Below, piece by piece: positions 63,584 to 64,000 of a stretch of 64,000 bases of DNA. Below the pieces are notes generated by a model. The model was given only the letters and a program-made list of their open reading frames with translations. It made no database searches and was not told the DNA's origin. Within the stretch, counting starts at the first letter, position 1; each line of letters begins with the position of its first letter. Source of the stretch: an uncultured delta proteobacterium. GTDB taxonomy: Bacteria > Desulfobacterota > Binatia > Binatales > Binataceae. The stretch covers positions 1,152,001 to 1,216,000 of the forward strand of contig CAVQEQ010000003.1 in the NCBI GenBank assembly GCA_963711565.1, written 5' to 3'. A program made the position numbers and the translations under genes.

Positions 63584-64000
63584 ATGTCGTCGAACAACGC
63601 AACGCGCGCGGCGCTCGCCGTAGCCAGCGGTCTCGCGCTGGGGCTGGCATTTCCGAAGTTCGACTTCGGACTGCTGGCGTGGGTGGCGCTGGTGCCGCTG
63701 TTTTACGTGATCGAAGGCGAGAGCATGCGGCGCGTATTCGGCTGGGCCTACCTGCAAGGCTTCGCCGCGAACGTCGTGGAGCTCTACTGGATTCCGATTC
63801 CGCTGCACGACTTCGCCGACGTGCCGATGAAGTTCGCGATCTTCCCGATGCTGGCGCTGGCGGCAATCGTCGCGGTCAACACGGCGGTTGCGATCTGGGC
63901 GGGTGAATTGGTCGCGCGGCGGATGCGAATCCCGGCGGTGGTCACGATGCCGGTTGCGTGGACGGCGCTCGAATGGTTTCGCACGTACGTTCCCGCCTCT
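63584..64000 (+). CDS. lnt: Apolipoprotein N-acyltransferase, 5' part (runs off the window)
   Basis: SG..LGLAFP.FD..LLAWVALVPL, LYWI, W...EW.R; position after phoH-ybeY. Confidence 0.85.
   Translation, partial: MSSNNATRAALAVASGLALGLAFPKFDFGLLAWVALVPLFYVIEGESMRRVFGWAYLQGFAANVVELYWIPIPLHDFADVPMKFAIFPMLALAAIVAVNTAVAIWAGELVARRMRIPAVVTMPVAWTALEWFRTYVPAS

Overview
GC-rich bacterial chromosome segment of mostly housekeeping genes. The gene order is deltaproteobacterial-like; Binatota is my unverified guess. Core blocks: kdsB-pyrG-kdsA / lptC-lptA-rpoN-hpf-ptsN-rapZ, ptsH-metK-ahcY, thpR-recA...alaS, phoH-ybeY-X-lnt, hldE, murJ, hemW and a class I lysS, plus many catabolic enzymes. I found no rRNA, tRNA, CRISPR array or transposase. 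Main points of interest: (1) A ~90-bp two-hairpin intergenic repeat family with covarying stems. All three copies are interrupted, and one appears split by a ~1.3-kb gene-carrying segment flanked by a 9-bp direct duplication between recA and alaS. (2) Other REP-like families, one of which supplies the alaS stop codon. (3) An LptA with a ~270-aa Pro/Ala-rich extension in an operon lacking lptB, kdsC and kdsD. (4) An AbiGi-like gene coupled between ybeY and lnt. (5) An unannotated 41-aa Arg/Lys-rich ORF coupled to a DD-carboxypeptidase. (6) A sigma54 site facing away from the rpoN operon. (7) A frameshifted, lower-GC S53 protease-Kelch gene. (8) An orphan HigA with a HigB stump. All calls come from reading motifs by eye; no database searches were run.
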